Positions 1-14,231 of a stretch of DNA of 64,000 bases are shown piece by piece; the stretch's first letter is position 1, and each line of letters starts with the position of its first letter. Location of the stretch: the NCBI GenBank assembly GCA_965261735.1, contig OZ253470.1:2880001-2944000 (forward strand). The letters run 5' to 3'. The notes under the pieces were generated by a model, which was not told the DNA's origin, did no database searches, and worked only from the letters and a program-made list of their open reading frames with translations. The DNA is from Alphaproteobacteria bacterium. GTDB taxonomy: Bacteria > Pseudomonadota > Alphaproteobacteria > SHVV01. The position numbers were made by a program, and so were the translations under genes.

Positions 1-379
1 TGCCGGGCGTCTGACTGGCGACCAGATAAGCGGCCCAGAACCAGACGTTCAGCGGAGTGTGGCTACGCTCCATCACTGTTCCCACCGTCAGCCCGGTGTT
101 CTGGCGGCACTTGCGGCAGCGCAGGACGCCAGGGCGGTTTTCAAAGTGGAACGGCTCTCCCGCCGTGCCGCAGTGCGGGCAGGCAAAGCCGTCTCCCCAG
201 CGGGCTTTCTCCAGGTAGGCGGCGCAGGCCGCATCATCGGGGAAAAGTCGCTGGAACTCGGGTAGCGAATGCGGGAATGGGAGATCGGCGCGGTCGAGAA
301 CATCCATGGCGCGCTCCCCTATATCCGGGTTGCACCCATTCTAGCCCTAGTGGGTGTGGGTGTAAACCGGATAGGAAAG
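1..379 (-). mobile_element. IS1595-family element, copy 1 (cut by the window edge); transposase 5' part <1..307
   Basis: Near-identical to the corresponding part of the copy at 20693-21797; terminal IR GTAAACCGGATAGGAAAG ends at 379. Confidence 0.93.
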
Positions 380-384
380 GATGA

Positions 385-1226
385 ATCATCGACGGCCTCA
401 TGCGCGGCTCCTCCGATAATGGGGACATAACCGAGAAGACCCACATCCTTGTCGCCGATTTCGAAACCACGCCCGACAGCGAAGTCCTGGGGTCGGGGAT
501 CGATTTCTTCGGCGGCACTTCGCCCGACTACTTCGTGCTCGAATCGGACATCCACGTCTTCGACCGGTTCGCCGCCACCGCGGTGCTGTTGCAGCCCAAC
601 GCCATCGCGCTCGCGACCACCGACACGCTGGAAGCCCGCACGACCCAAGTGTCGTCGGGCGCGCTGCACGGCTATTCCGGGGGCTCCGTTCAATCGATCA
701 GCAGCAGCGGTTTGCTGAATTCTGAGAAGCCCTTTGCCAACAACACCAACGACCCGATCGACATCACGGTGCAGACCAGCGCCGAGGCGAACAAGGTGCT
801 GGCCACCATCGCCGTCAACCAGATCGTCTCGCCCTTCACGCCGATCATCGCGCAGTTCGGCGACGACGACGTAACCGCCTTCGGTACCTCGGGCAACGGC
901 AGCGGCCACAGCGCCTTTTTCGATGACTTCAGCTTCGGCGCTGCCGAGAACGGCACCAGTCTTTCCACCTTTAACGCATCACCGACTTCGACAGCGGCAC
1001 CTTCTCCGGCACCGGCATCTCGATCGTCTCGGCGAGCGCCGGCCACAAGTTCTCGGGCTCCGTCACAGGCGCCGGCGTACACTCGGGCCGCAGCGGCTCC
1101 TACCTCGGCTCGTTCATACAAACCGCCACCGCCACCGACAAGGTCGTCGAAATGGGCGGCCACATCAGCCTGACCGGACCCAACTACGACGCCTCCGGCA
1201 CGTTCGCCGGCGCCAAGGTGCCTTAG
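385..1226 (+). pseudogene. C-terminal fragment of a Ser/Thr/Gly-rich surface protein ending in a TbpB-like beta-barrel; 5' truncated next to IS1595, frameshift near 975
   Basis: ORF 400..1173 turns Pro-rich after ~975; another frame reads ITDFDSGTFSG...GSYLGSFIQTATATDKVVEMGGHISLTGPNYDASGTFAGAKVP* (TAG 1224-1226). Confidence 0.55.
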
Positions 1227-1407
1227 CCAGGCCGAAGAGACGCGAACCCCGGCAGTGCCGGGTAGCTGTCGTGCGGACCCGCGGGGGGGTTGAAACCCGC
1301 CCCAACCTCATCGCCACGAACTACGGCCTAACCCACGGCCCTGTGCCAGGCTCTGGGCGCGGTTCTCGTCCTTCGACGAGTTCGGCATCGGGGGTCGGGG
1401 TTGTCGC

Positions 1408-2448
1408 TCAGGCGAAGTGCGGCATCACCTCGCGCGACAAGGTGTTGAGATGGCCGACCTTGTCCTCGAGCCGGCCGCCATAGAAAACCCAGTTCCGTAG
1501 GCCGAGCTCGGCGAGTTTTTCGAGTCGATCGATCACGTTTCCGGGCGGGCCCCAGAGCTGCGGCGAGCGCTCGATCAGCCAATCGTGGAGGCCGAGCTTC
1601 TTGGCGCGCTCGACGAGGAGCCGATTGCGCCCCGCCGTCTTGTAAGCGGTGGCCAAGTTGTGCGAATCGGCGTTCAGCTCCTTGAGCAGCGGCTTGTAGT
1701 CCTCGGGAATGCGCTTGCCCTCGAGGCTACCCATGGTCAGCCAATTCGTCCCCCAGCCGATGCTTTCCGCCATCGCCTCCTCGACGGTCGCGGCGAAAGT
1801 CACGTCGGCGTTCCACCACACGGCGAAGTCGCCCGCCTCGCGCGCGGCCGCAGCCGAACCGGCCGCGACGATGGCGTGAACGTCGGCGATGTCCTCAGGC
1901 GCAAAGCCCATGGTGACCACGGCGCCGTCGGCGACTTCGGCCGCCATCCTCAGTACCTTGGGGCCCGAACAGGCGACGTACACCGGTATCTCCAATGGCG
2001 GCGACCAGGCGCTCCACTCGGCGCGGAAGGTGTGCCCCTGCCACTCGGCCTCCTCACCGCGCAGCAGCGCCTTCACGGCCAGGATGTAGGCACGCAAGTG
2101 TGCCACCGTCGCGGTCTTCAGGCCGACGCTCCACAGCGCCGAATCACCGGTGGCGATGCCGAGCCCGATGCGCCCCGGCGCAAGCTCGTGGAGCGAGAGC
2201 ATGGCGGCCGCGGTCACCGAGGGGTGACGGGTGACGGGGTTGGTGACGCACGGGAAGACGCGCACGCGCGAGGTGTTGAGCGCGCATACCGTGAGCGCGA
2301 CGTAGAGCTCACGGAATTGGCGCGGCGAATCCGACATGCCGATATCGATCCCGGCCGCGTCGTACCCGCGCCACAGCGGCACGACCTCCGCGAGCGGCTG
2401 CTTGAGCGTGCCGCCGTTCATGCAGAAGCGCATTCGTGGTACAGCCAT
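1408..2448 (-). CDS. LLM-class flavin/F420-dependent oxidoreductase (Mer-like)
   Basis: Motifs VTNPVTRHPSVTA, GRIGLGIATGDS, IPVYVACSGPKVLRMAAEVADG. Confidence 0.9.
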   Translation of the reverse strand: MAVPRMRFCMNGGTLKQPLAEVVPLWRGYDAAGIDIGMSDSPRQFRELYVALTVCALNTSRVRVFPCVTNPVTRHPSVTAAAMLSLHELAPGRIGLGIATGDSALWSVGLKTATVAHLRAYILAVKALLRGEEAEWQGHTFRAEWSAWSPPLEIPVYVACSGPKVLRMAAEVADGAVVTMGFAPEDIADVHAIVAAGSAAAAREAGDFAVWWNADVTFAATVEEAMAESIGWGTNWLTMGSLEGKRIPEDYKPLLKELNADSHNLATAYKTAGRNRLLVERAKKLGLHDWLIERSPQLWGPPGNVIDRLEKLAELGLRNWVFYGGRLEDKVGHLNTLSREVMPHFA

Positions 2449-2999
2449 TAGGGCGCCTTTTCGAGCCGGACGGGCGCCCCCGCGTCATCGCGGACGAGCT
2501 GCCAGCGATAGTGGGTCGCATAGCGCTGGACGTCGTAGACCTGCCACGCTTGCTCCAACTCGGATTCGGGAATTTCGCTGTTCTCGGTCACGTCGGCGGG
2601 CGTGAGCACCGTTTTCGGGGTCTTCGACAGGAGCCAGCACAACGCCTCCCATCCGGTCAGTCCGTCGCGCACGCTCGGGCTCTTTTCCACGAGCCCCGCA
2701 CCCTCGGCCGCATCGACGATCTCGACGCCGGACCAGAACGCAACGCGGTCCTTGATGATCGCGGCCTGGGCGTAAGGGTCCGGATAGAACCAGGCCGCGC
2801 CGCCGTTTTCCGCGCCATCGACGAGGACGTCGTAGTACTCGGAATAGCCCTTCCAGTGGCAGTAGGTTGGCTTCACCGACTCGCTCTTGCGGAAATGCTC
2901 CCAGCGCACGCCGTCGGCCGGAAAATAGGCGTTGCCCTCGACGAGCGCGATGTCGTCGCTCTCGGCGATGGTGGCACCGTTCCAGATGGCTTTGGTCAT
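2448..2999 (-). CDS. DUF427 domain protein with C-terminal extension
   Basis: KAIWNGATIAESDD..VEGNAYFP, TYCHWKG..YYD, AAWFYPDP...IKDRVAFWSGVEI. Confidence 0.88.
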   Translation of the reverse strand: MTKAIWNGATIAESDDIALVEGNAYFPADGVRWEHFRKSESVKPTYCHWKGYSEYYDVLVDGAENGGAAWFYPDPYAQAAIIKDRVAFWSGVEIVDAAEGAGLVEKSPSVRDGLTGWEALCWLLSKTPKTVLTPADVTENSEIPESELEQAWQVYDVQRYATHYRWQLVRDDAGAPVRLEKAP

Positions 3000-3047
3000 G
3001 GGATCCTCCCTAGTCATTCGATACGCCTATTTAAAACGCGTCTGGCC

Positions 3048-4022
3048 TCAGTAGCGGATACGCACAAGCCGGTCGAGGCCTGATTCAGGCAGCCACACCT
3101 CGCCCGCACGCCCCAGGATCTGACGCACACGGGCGCCGCGGCCGCTCCCCGGATAGGCGGTAAAGGCCTCGGTCTCGGGATCGAAGCTGAGGACGGCGTT
3201 GGCACCGAAATCGCTGACCCAGACCACGTCGCGCTCGTCGACATAGACGGCATAGGCCCGCGGCCCCTCACCCGGGAGCTTCCAGCTGCGCCAGGCGCCC
3301 GAGCCGGGCGTGAAGCGGCTGAGCTGGCCCGCGTTCCACTCGGCGACCCAGACGTTGCCCGAGCTGTCCGCCCATACGCGGCGCGCGCCCTGACGGGGCG
3401 TCGGCGGCTCGATCACGCTCACGGCGCCGCTGCGGCCATCGATGCGGCCGACATAGCTGCCGCGAGCGAAGCGTAGTACACCGGTGCCGTCCGGCGTGGC
3501 GGCGATGCCGTAGGGGCCGCGGCCACGCGGGGCGGGAAACACCTCGATGGCGCCGGTCGCCGGATCGAGGCGGCCATAGATGCCGCTCTCGCCGGTGAAC
3601 CACAGCACCCCGCCGGCATCCAAGGCCGCGGTGTTGAGGTTGGCGTAGCCCGCGTCGGCGGGCAGCCGCCACACCGTGACCGCGTCCGCGAGGGGATCGT
3701 AGCGGACGATGGCGTTCTGGCCGCCGTCGGTGATCCAGGCGTTGCCAGCGGGACCTTGAATGACGCCATGGGGCCGCGAGCCCGAGCCGAGCGCCACCTC
3801 GCGTACGGCGCCGGTGGCCGGATCGAGAATGCCGAGCGCGCCGTGGTGTTGGGCGGTGTACCAGACGGCGCCGTCGGGCGCCGGCGCAACGTCATGGGGA
3901 TGGGCACCCGCCGGTACCTCGTAGACCCGCACCTCCGCCGCAGCCGCCGCGGCGACCGTCGCGACACAGCCGACGAACAGACCGAGCGCGGCGCTCCTGG
4001 GGTCGGAGAGACGGATCATCAT
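3048..4022 (-). CDS. Vgb-family (virginiamycin B lyase-like) secreted beta-propeller
   Basis: Signal peptide; repeats PHDVAPAPDGAVWYTAQ, PHGVIQGP, GPYGIAATPDG, GARRVWADS; two compensating indels near 3460-3485. Confidence 0.88.
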   Translation of the reverse strand: MMIRLSDPRSAALGLFVGCVATVAAAAAAEVRVYEVPAGAHPHDVAPAPDGAVWYTAQHHGALGILDPATGAVREVALGSGSRPHGVIQGPAGNAWITDGGQNAIVRYDPLADAVTVWRLPADAGYANLNTAALDAGGVLWFTGESGIYGRLDPATGAIEVFPAPRGRGPYGIAATPDGTGVLRFARGSYVGRIDGRSGAVSVIEPPTPRQGARRVWADSSGNVWVAEWNAGQLSRFTPGSGAWRSWKLPGEGPRAYAVYVDERDVVWVSDFGANAVLSFDPETEAFTAYPGSGRGARVRQILGRAGEVWLPESGLDRLVRIRY

Positions 4023-4161
4023 GCCCTTTGCGCGTCGTTTCGAAAACCGAACACGTCAGTGCGGAGCTACCTTAGCGCGGCCTCGGGGCCCTGTTAACCG
4101 GGCTTGCGCGACTGACTACGCGGCGCGCGCCATGACGGCGTGGTCAAGGTAGTATGGGCCG

Positions 4162-5427
4162 ATGATTGCATTGCTGCGCGCGGGCGACTGGCGCCGGCCC
4201 GAGGTTTTGGTGCTGGTCAGTTCCGCGATCCCCTCGCTCGCGCTGGCGACGTGGTTGGTGCTCCTCAACAACTTCGCGGTCGAGGAGGCCGGCTTTACGG
4301 CCGTCGAGATCGGTATTCTGCAGAGCCTGCGGGAGGTGCCGGGGCTGCTCGGATTCGCGGCGATCTTCCTGCTCGCGCTCGCGCGCGAGCAGCGCCTCCT
4401 CTACGTCACCCTCATCGTGCTCGGCGTGGGCGTCGCCGTCACCGGCCTGTTTCCGAGCGAGATGGGCCTCTACGTGATCACGATGCTGATGTCGCTGGGC
4501 TACCATTACGCCGCCGTCGTGCGCAACTCGCTGACCCTGCAGTGGGTCGCGAAGGAGCGCACGCCGGAGATCATGGGCCGCGCGCTTGCCGCCGGCTCGG
4601 CAGCGTCGATCGTAGCCTTCGGGCTCGTGTGGCTCGCGTTCGATGTCTTTGGGCTGTCTTTCGCGTGGCTGTACGCGCTCGGCGGCGGGTTGACGGTCCT
4701 CCTCACCCTCTTCGTGTGGGTCAGCTTCCCTCGCTTCCCGGCGCCGGTGCCGCAACGGACCACCGTCGTTCTGCGCTCGCGCTATTGGTTGTTTTACGCT
4801 CTGCAGCTGCTGGGCGGCGCGCGGCGGCAGATCTTCATCGTCTTCGCGACCTTCCTGATGGTCGAAAAGTTCGGCTTCACGGTCTCCGGCATGGCGGCGC
4901 TGTTCCTGGTGACGGCGGCCCTCAACGTGTGGGTCGCGCCACGGGTCGGGCGCTTTATCGGCGCGGTCGGCGAGCGCCGCGCGCTCAATATCGAATACAG
5001 TGGGCTGGTCGTGATCTTCGCGGCCTACGCGCTGGTCAACTCCGCGCCCCTGGCCACGGCCCTCTACCTGCTCGACCACCTGTTTTTCGCGCTCGCCATC
5101 GCGATGAACACCTACTTCCAGAAGATCGCCGACCCGCGCGACATCGCGGCGACCAGCGGCGTGACCGAAACCATGAACCACATCGCGGCGGTGATCGTTC
5201 CCGCCGCATTCGGCGTCCTGTGGGTCGTCGTCGCGCCGGCGGCGGTGTTCCTCGCCGGCGCGGCGCTCGCCGGCGCCTCGCTGGTCCTGTCCCTCTTCGT
5301 GCCACGGGCGCCGCGACCCGGCCACGAGGTGGAATGGAGCCGGGCGGCGGCCACTACCGCGGAGGTGCCGGTCACCAGCGCGCGAACAGGTGGAGCAACG
5401 GGCGGCAGCGGCACGCCCGCGGAGTGA
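4162..5427 (+). CDS. MFS transporter
   Basis: About 12 hydrophobic segments; [31 protein letters not shown] motifs. Confidence 0.9.
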   Translation: MIALLRAGDWRRPEVLVLVSSAIPSLALATWLVLLNNFAVEEAGFTAVEIGILQSLREVPGLLGFAAIFLLALAREQRLLYVTLIVLGVGVAVTGLFPSEMGLYVITMLMSLGYHYAAVVRNSLTLQWVAKERTPEIMGRALAAGSAASIVAFGLVWLAFDVFGLSFAWLYALGGGLTVLLTLFVWVSFPRFPAPVPQRTTVVLRSRYWLFYALQLLGGARRQIFIVFATFLMVEKFGFTVSGMAALFLVTAALNVWVAPRVGRFIGAVGERRALNIEYSGLVVIFAAYALVNSAPLATALYLLDHLFFALAIAMNTYFQKIADPRDIAATSGVTETMNHIAAVIVPAAFGVLWVVVAPAAVFLAGAALAGASLVLSLFVPRAPRPGHEVEWSRAAATTAEVPVTSARTGGATGGSGTPAE

Positions 5428-5429
5428 GG

Positions 5430-7613
<2,184 letters not shown>

Positions 7614-7633
7614 GGTGCGAGGGGCCAGCTAAC

Positions 7634-7879
7634 TTAGCCGGCCACTCCGAACCTCGCGCGTGCCCGCTCTCGCGCCTTGGCCGCTTCTATCTCGCGGTCG
7701 TGCGGTGGCGCGTTCGTCGACAGCGAATCGAGCAACCGGCGGGCGACGTCCGCGAATTCGTCCACGGCCCGGTCGAAAACCGCTTCGTTGACCTTTGACG
7801 GCCGGGTGAAGCCGCTGAGCTTGCGCGCGAACTGCAGCGATGCGGCGCGGACTTCGTCCTCGGTTGCGGGCGGGTCGAA
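7634..7879 (-). pseudogene. DUF2277 family gene lacking roughly its first 10 codons
   Basis: Not in ORF track; minus strand reads FDPPATEDEVRAASLQFARKLSGFTRPSKVNEAVFDRAVDEFADVARRLLDSL...ARFGVAG* with no start codon. Confidence 0.8.
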
Positions 7880-8208
7880 ATAAGCCCCATTTTTTTCTGT
7901 GTCGCAAGCAAGGCAGACATCCAGTAGTTGAACCTTTCCCCGGTCACCCTTTCGCCCTCAACCATACTAGCAAGCCGTCCGTTGCAGAACAGGTAATCAC
8001 GCTGAGGCGTTTTGATTTTTGACGTGTATTTGATTCCCCCTCGCAAAACCGTGGGGCGGATTCCTCTCTCCTCGAGATGCAATTTGACGGCTTCCTGCAA
8101 TGCTCCTTGCTGGAGATATCCTGACCACTCAAGCAACAGATCGTCGCCATTGGACGAAGCTGGAAATAGCATTAAGGCTAGCGCGGCCAAGATTGCCACG
8201 CGTTTCAT
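7880..8208 (-). pseudogene. AT-richer secreted hypothetical protein, 3' truncated and fused out of frame to the DUF2277 remnant
   Basis: Signal peptide MKRVAILAALALMLFPASSNG; abrupt composition change near 7880. Confidence 0.5.
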
Positions 8209-8358
8209 TGTGGCCTCAGAGGCTCCCGTAACTAGAAATTTCCGAAAAGACTAACGCAACCTGCCGGGCTGTAACGCGTGTGCCACGGTATGGTCGGGCG
8301 TCATCGAATTCCAGATTGCGCGTCTCCAAGTCAGTGTCCGTTTGCCAAGTTTGAGATT

Positions 8359-8433
8359 TGGTGCGGGTGGTGAGATTCGAACTCACACCTCCTTGCGGAG
8401 AACGGCTTTTGAAACCGTCACGTCTACCGTTCC
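8359..8433 (-). tRNA. Truncated tRNA-Leu(CAA), 5' acceptor strand missing
   Basis: Minus strand GGAACGGTAGACG, anticodon arm ACGGT-TTCAAAA-GCCGT, variable arm CTCC-GCAA-GGAG, GTGAG-TTCGAAT-CTCAC, CACCCGC-ACCA; no matching GCGGGTG upstream. Confidence 0.8.
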
Positions 8434-8471
8434 CGTTGCAGAGGGAGCCCGTTGATCGCATTTCGTTGGCA

Positions 8472-9905
8472 GGTCGTGTCCCAGGACGTGGTGTAGGAGT
8501 TGTTGGAGCCTCTGTTAGCTGTGGGTAGGCGGCTTGCCGTAGCGACCGCCGAGAGTCTGGCGTAGGCAAGCCGGCTATCCACAGCGGAGGCCATCGCGGT
8601 TCCGGTTTAGGGTTGGGCTAGTGCAAACCAACCTGACCCGAAGGAGAACCACGATGACCCAGGACATGATGACCCTACGCGCGCTTTTGGAGAAGAGCTC
8701 CGATGCCGATCTGCTTTGCGAGATGATCGGCTTCACGGCCGAGCGGCTGATGGCACTGGAGGTTGAGGGCCTGACCGGCGCCGGGCACGGCGAGCGCTCG
8801 GCGGATCGTATCACCCATCGCAACGGCTACCGCGACCGGTCCTGGGAGACGCGGGCCGGCACGGTCGAGCTGAAGATCCCGAAGCTGAGGAAGGGAAGCT
8901 ACTTCCCGGGCTTCCTGGAGCCGCGGCGGATGGCCGAGAAGGCGCTGGCTGCGGTGATCCAGGAGGCCTACATCCAGGGGGTGTCGACCCGCTCGGTCGA
9001 CGATCTGGTTCAGGCGATGGGGATGTCGGGCGCCTCCAAGAGCCAGGTCTCCAGGCTGTGCGGCGAGATCGACGATAAGGTCAACGGCTTCCTCGATCGA
9101 CCGCTGGAGGGCGACTGGCCCTATCTGTGGCTCGACGCCACCTACGTGAAGGTGCGCCAGACCGGACGCATCGTCTCGGTCGCGGTGACCGTGGCTGTGG
9201 CCGTCAACGACCAAGGCCGCCGCGAGGTCCTGGGCGTGGCGATCGGCGCGTCGGAGGCCGAGACCTTCTGGACCGAGTTCCTGCGCTCGCTGGCCCGGCG
9301 CGGGCTGCGCGGCGTGAAGCTGGTGATCTCCGACGACCACAAGGGCCTGAAGGCCGCCGCGACCCGGATCCTCGGCGCCACATGGCAGCGCTGCCGCGTG
9401 CACTTCGCCCGCAACCTGCTGGCCCATGCCGGCCGCCAGGGCCGGCGCGTCGTCTCCGCCTTCGCCCAGGAGGACGCCGACAGCGCGAAGGTCCAGTGGC
9501 GCCAGGTCGCCGACCAGCTCAGGCCCAAGGTGCCCAAGCTGGCAGTTCTCATGGACGAAGCCGAGCACGACGTCCTCGCCTACATGAGCTTCCCCAGGGA
9601 GCACCGCCAGAAATTGCACTCCACAAACCCGATCGAACGGCTCCATGCCGAGGTCAAGCGTCGCACCAACGTCGTCGGTATCTTTCCCAACGAAGCCGCC
9701 ATCACACGGCTCGTCGGCGCCATCCTTCTCGAGCAGAACGACGAGTGGGCCGTCTCAAGGAGATACATGACGCTGGAATCCATCGCTCCGCTGAGCGATG
9801 GTGTCCCCATCACGCTGCCCACCGTGGCAGCCTGAACGTCCCGGCCCTACCCGCCGGGAGCCGCGTAGAGCGCAACGCTCTTACACCACTCCGCGGGACA
9901 CGATC
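8472..9905 (+). mobile_element. IS256-family element, copy A (transposase 8654..9835)
   Basis: Mutator-type DDE motifs ([27 protein letters not shown]); ends GGTCGTGTCCC / GGGACACGATC; no TSD. Confidence 0.95.
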
Positions 9906-10200
9906 CCGGTGTCAGCACGCGTTTCGCGTTCAAGGTGCTATCGGAGAGACGCTCAAAGAAGCGGCCTCTACGGGTTTCCAGCGTTTGCTTCTGCCACGTT
10001 CTACCCATTCAAGCGTAGCGCCAACGGGCCAGAGATCTAGGGATGTAGACGTGCTGTAGCCGCACCGCTTCAAGATGCCGCCAACGAAGCCATCGAATCT
10101 CACGCGATAAGCATCACGCTCACCGAGCCTCTTTTGCAAAAGGGTAGGCACTCCTTTCCTTCAAGTGAAGCTCGAAGATATCGTCTCCTCCCCTTGTCCG

Positions 10201-10298
10201 TCCCCCTCCCCCTACCCCCTCCCACCAGGGGAGGGGATTATGGCGCGATGTCCAGTTCTTGGCCCTCACCCTTGATGGGGGAGGGTTGGGCGGGGTGA
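10201..10298. repeat. Palindromic CCCCTCCC/GGGAGGGG REP/MITE-like element
   Basis: Two C-run/G-run hairpins; reverse-orientation homolog at 37524-37620. Confidence 0.7.
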
Positions 10299-10372
10299 CA
10301 CGCGGACTTGCGCAAGCAAGTACTAGCGGAAACGAACGTGGACGCAGCAGCTAACGATTTTGTCCATACGCC

Positions 10373-12052
<1,680 letters not shown>

Positions 12053-12341
12053 GGCAACCGGGCGAGCGAGGCGGCCGAGGTACCGGCCGCGCTGTCGCGG
12101 CGTTGTAGACCAGCGCGGCGCGCGCGGCAAACGCGCGGGCCGCGGCACGCTCGCGCGTTTGCCCCTCGCGTGCGCGCTATTCGGCCGGCGGAAGTTGGGC
12201 TAAGGTGGCCGGCGCCCACCTCCGTCCGAGAAACCCGCCCGAGCCTTGGCCCGCGGTCCCGGCGTATCGTTTTCATGATTCGCCGCTGCCGGAGGGGTGG
12301 GCTGGCGATGATCCGCGGGTCCACGGGGGATACACGAAACC

Positions 12342-13280
12342 ATGCCTCACCTCGCCATGTTCGTTGCGATGGTGCTGGGGGCGTCGTCGTTCCCCGCCGG
12401 AAAGGCGGCCGTAGCGGCGATGCCGGCGTCGGAAATCCTGTTCATCCGATTCGCCCTCGCGGCGCTCATCCTGTGGTGCGTCTTTGTGGCGTTGCGGCGC
12501 GCCGCGGGGACGCGCAGGTTCGTGGCGCCGGCCTTTCTCATCGGGCTGGTCGAGCCGGGCCTTGCGACCAACGTCGTCTATTGGGGACTGCTCTTCACCA
12601 CCGCGGTCCACGCGACCGTCATCTTCGCGCTGACACCTCTGGTGACCTCGGTGATGGGGCGCCTCCTGCTCAAGGAGGCGATCTCGCCGGCGGTGATCGT
12701 CGGCGCCCTCGTCGCGCTGGCCGGCACCGTGCTGCTGGTCTCGGACGATCCGGGGCGGGTGGGATCGTTGATCGGCGACCTGTTGTGCGGGTTCGGCCTC
12801 GTCCTCATCTCGTCGACCCAAGTCGCGATCCGGCACATCGTCCGCACGCACGCGGACCCACTCACCGTGACCACGAACCAGCTGACGGGGGCCACCGTCG
12901 CCAGCCTCGTCATCATGGTCGCCTTCGAGAGCTGGATCGGCGGCGTCGGCTGGGTCGCGGTGCCCTCGGGGGAAATTTGGCTGCTTATCGGCTATCTCAG
13001 CGTCATCGTCAGCGCCGCCCTGTTCTTCCTCAACGCCTACGCCTTGAGCCACATCCCGGTGGGACAAGTTGGCCTGTACTTCGTCCTGCTGGCGCCACTC
13101 GGGGTGCCGATGGCCGTCGTCCTCCTTGGTGAGACCGTGACGCGCGCCGATATCACCGCGATCGCTCTTGTCGCCGTCGGTGTCGCCCTGCCCCAGATCC
13201 TGGCGATGCCGCGCTTCAGGGCCCTGCGCGTGTCGCGCCTGCTGGCCGGCGAGGGCCGACAAGTCCCGCCGGCGCCGTGA
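12342..13280 (+). CDS. DMT/EamA family transporter, paralog 1
   Basis: About 10 TM segments; IRFALAA, GLVEPGL, LLKEAI, LLGE. Confidence 0.9.
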   Translation: MPHLAMFVAMVLGASSFPAGKAAVAAMPASEILFIRFALAALILWCVFVALRRAAGTRRFVAPAFLIGLVEPGLATNVVYWGLLFTTAVHATVIFALTPLVTSVMGRLLLKEAISPAVIVGALVALAGTVLLVSDDPGRVGSLIGDLLCGFGLVLISSTQVAIRHIVRTHADPLTVTTNQLTGATVASLVIMVAFESWIGGVGWVAVPSGEIWLLIGYLSVIVSAALFFLNAYALSHIPVGQVGLYFVLLAPLGVPMAVVLLGETVTRADITAIALVAVGVALPQILAMPRFRALRVSRLLAGEGRQVPPAP

Positions 13281-13317
13281 GCGCGCCGAGACCCACGCCC
13301 AGCGCACGCCGGCGCCG

Positions 13318-14223
13318 ATGATTCCTCACCTCGCCGTCCTGCTCGCGACCTTCACCTGGGCCACCACGTTCGTGCCCGGTAAGATCATCGTCGCGGCCGT
13401 GCCAGTCTCCGAGGCCGTCGCCGTGCGCACGGCCGTGGGCGCGCTCATCTTGTGGGCGGCGGCGATCGTGAGCCGCCGCACCCTGGGTCTCGGCGGCATG
13501 GGCTGGCGCGTGTTCCTCACCGGCATGATCGAGCCCGGCCTCATCGGCATCATCGTCTACACGGCGCTCAAGATGACGAGCGCCGTCCACACGACGACCC
13601 TGTTCGCGCTCCTGCCGCTACTGAATTCGGTCCTCGGCCGGCTCGCCCTGCGCGAGCCGATCTCGCCGACAGTCCTGGCCGGGGCCCTGGTCGCCTTGGC
13701 CGGAACGGTAGTCCTCATGAGCGGCTCCGCACAATCGGCGACGGCCACGCTCGAGGGCGACCTCGTCATGGCCGTGGCGATCGTACTGATCGGCCTGGCC
13801 CAGGTGGTGCTGCGGCGAATCGCCCAGGTTCACGGCAACCCGGTCGTGGTCGGCGCGCTGCTCCTCTCCGGGGCCTCCGTCGCCGCCCTGCTCTACACCG
13901 CCGTCGTCTCCGGCCCCGACCGCTTCACCTGGACCGCCGACATCGGCGTCGAGGTCTGGGTCGCGCTCGCCTACGTCGCCATCTTCGTGAGCGCCGCCAA
14001 CCATTTCCTCTACAACTACGCCCTGCGCCACATCCCGATGGGGCGCATCAGCCTCTATTTCGTGCTCGTCGCGCCGCTCGGGGTGCCGCCGGCGGCTCTG
14101 CTGCTGGGCGAGCCCGTCACGTCACGGGACATCATCGCCATCGCCTTGATCGTGAGCGGCGTCGCGGTGCCTTCGCTCGCCAGTCTGCGGCGCCGCGCGG
14201 CGCCGACCGATTCCGAACGGTAG
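13318..14223 (+). CDS. DMT/EamA family transporter, paralog 2
   Basis: Starts MIPHLAV; GMIEPGL, YALRHIPMGRISLYFVL shared with neighbours. Confidence 0.9.
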   Translation: MIPHLAVLLATFTWATTFVPGKIIVAAVPVSEAVAVRTAVGALILWAAAIVSRRTLGLGGMGWRVFLTGMIEPGLIGIIVYTALKMTSAVHTTTLFALLPLLNSVLGRLALREPISPTVLAGALVALAGTVVLMSGSAQSATATLEGDLVMAVAIVLIGLAQVVLRRIAQVHGNPVVVGALLLSGASVAALLYTAVVSGPDRFTWTADIGVEVWVALAYVAIFVSAANHFLYNYALRHIPMGRISLYFVLVAPLGVPPAALLLGEPVTSRDIIAIALIVSGVAVPSLASLRRRAAPTDSER

Positions 14224-14231
14224 ACGCGCGC

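Noticed and set aside
1281-1306. REP-like hairpin GCGGGGGGGTTGAAACCCGCCCCAAC
   Set aside because: Single degenerate copy; cannot distinguish REP from terminator
3048-4022. Streptogramin B resistance gene
   Set aside because: Secreted Vgb-like propellers are widespread and the fold alone does not show resistance
9906-10190. AT-richer segment with a 73-aa ORF
   Set aside because: No recognisable motif; probably a fragment left by an IS256-adjacent deletion
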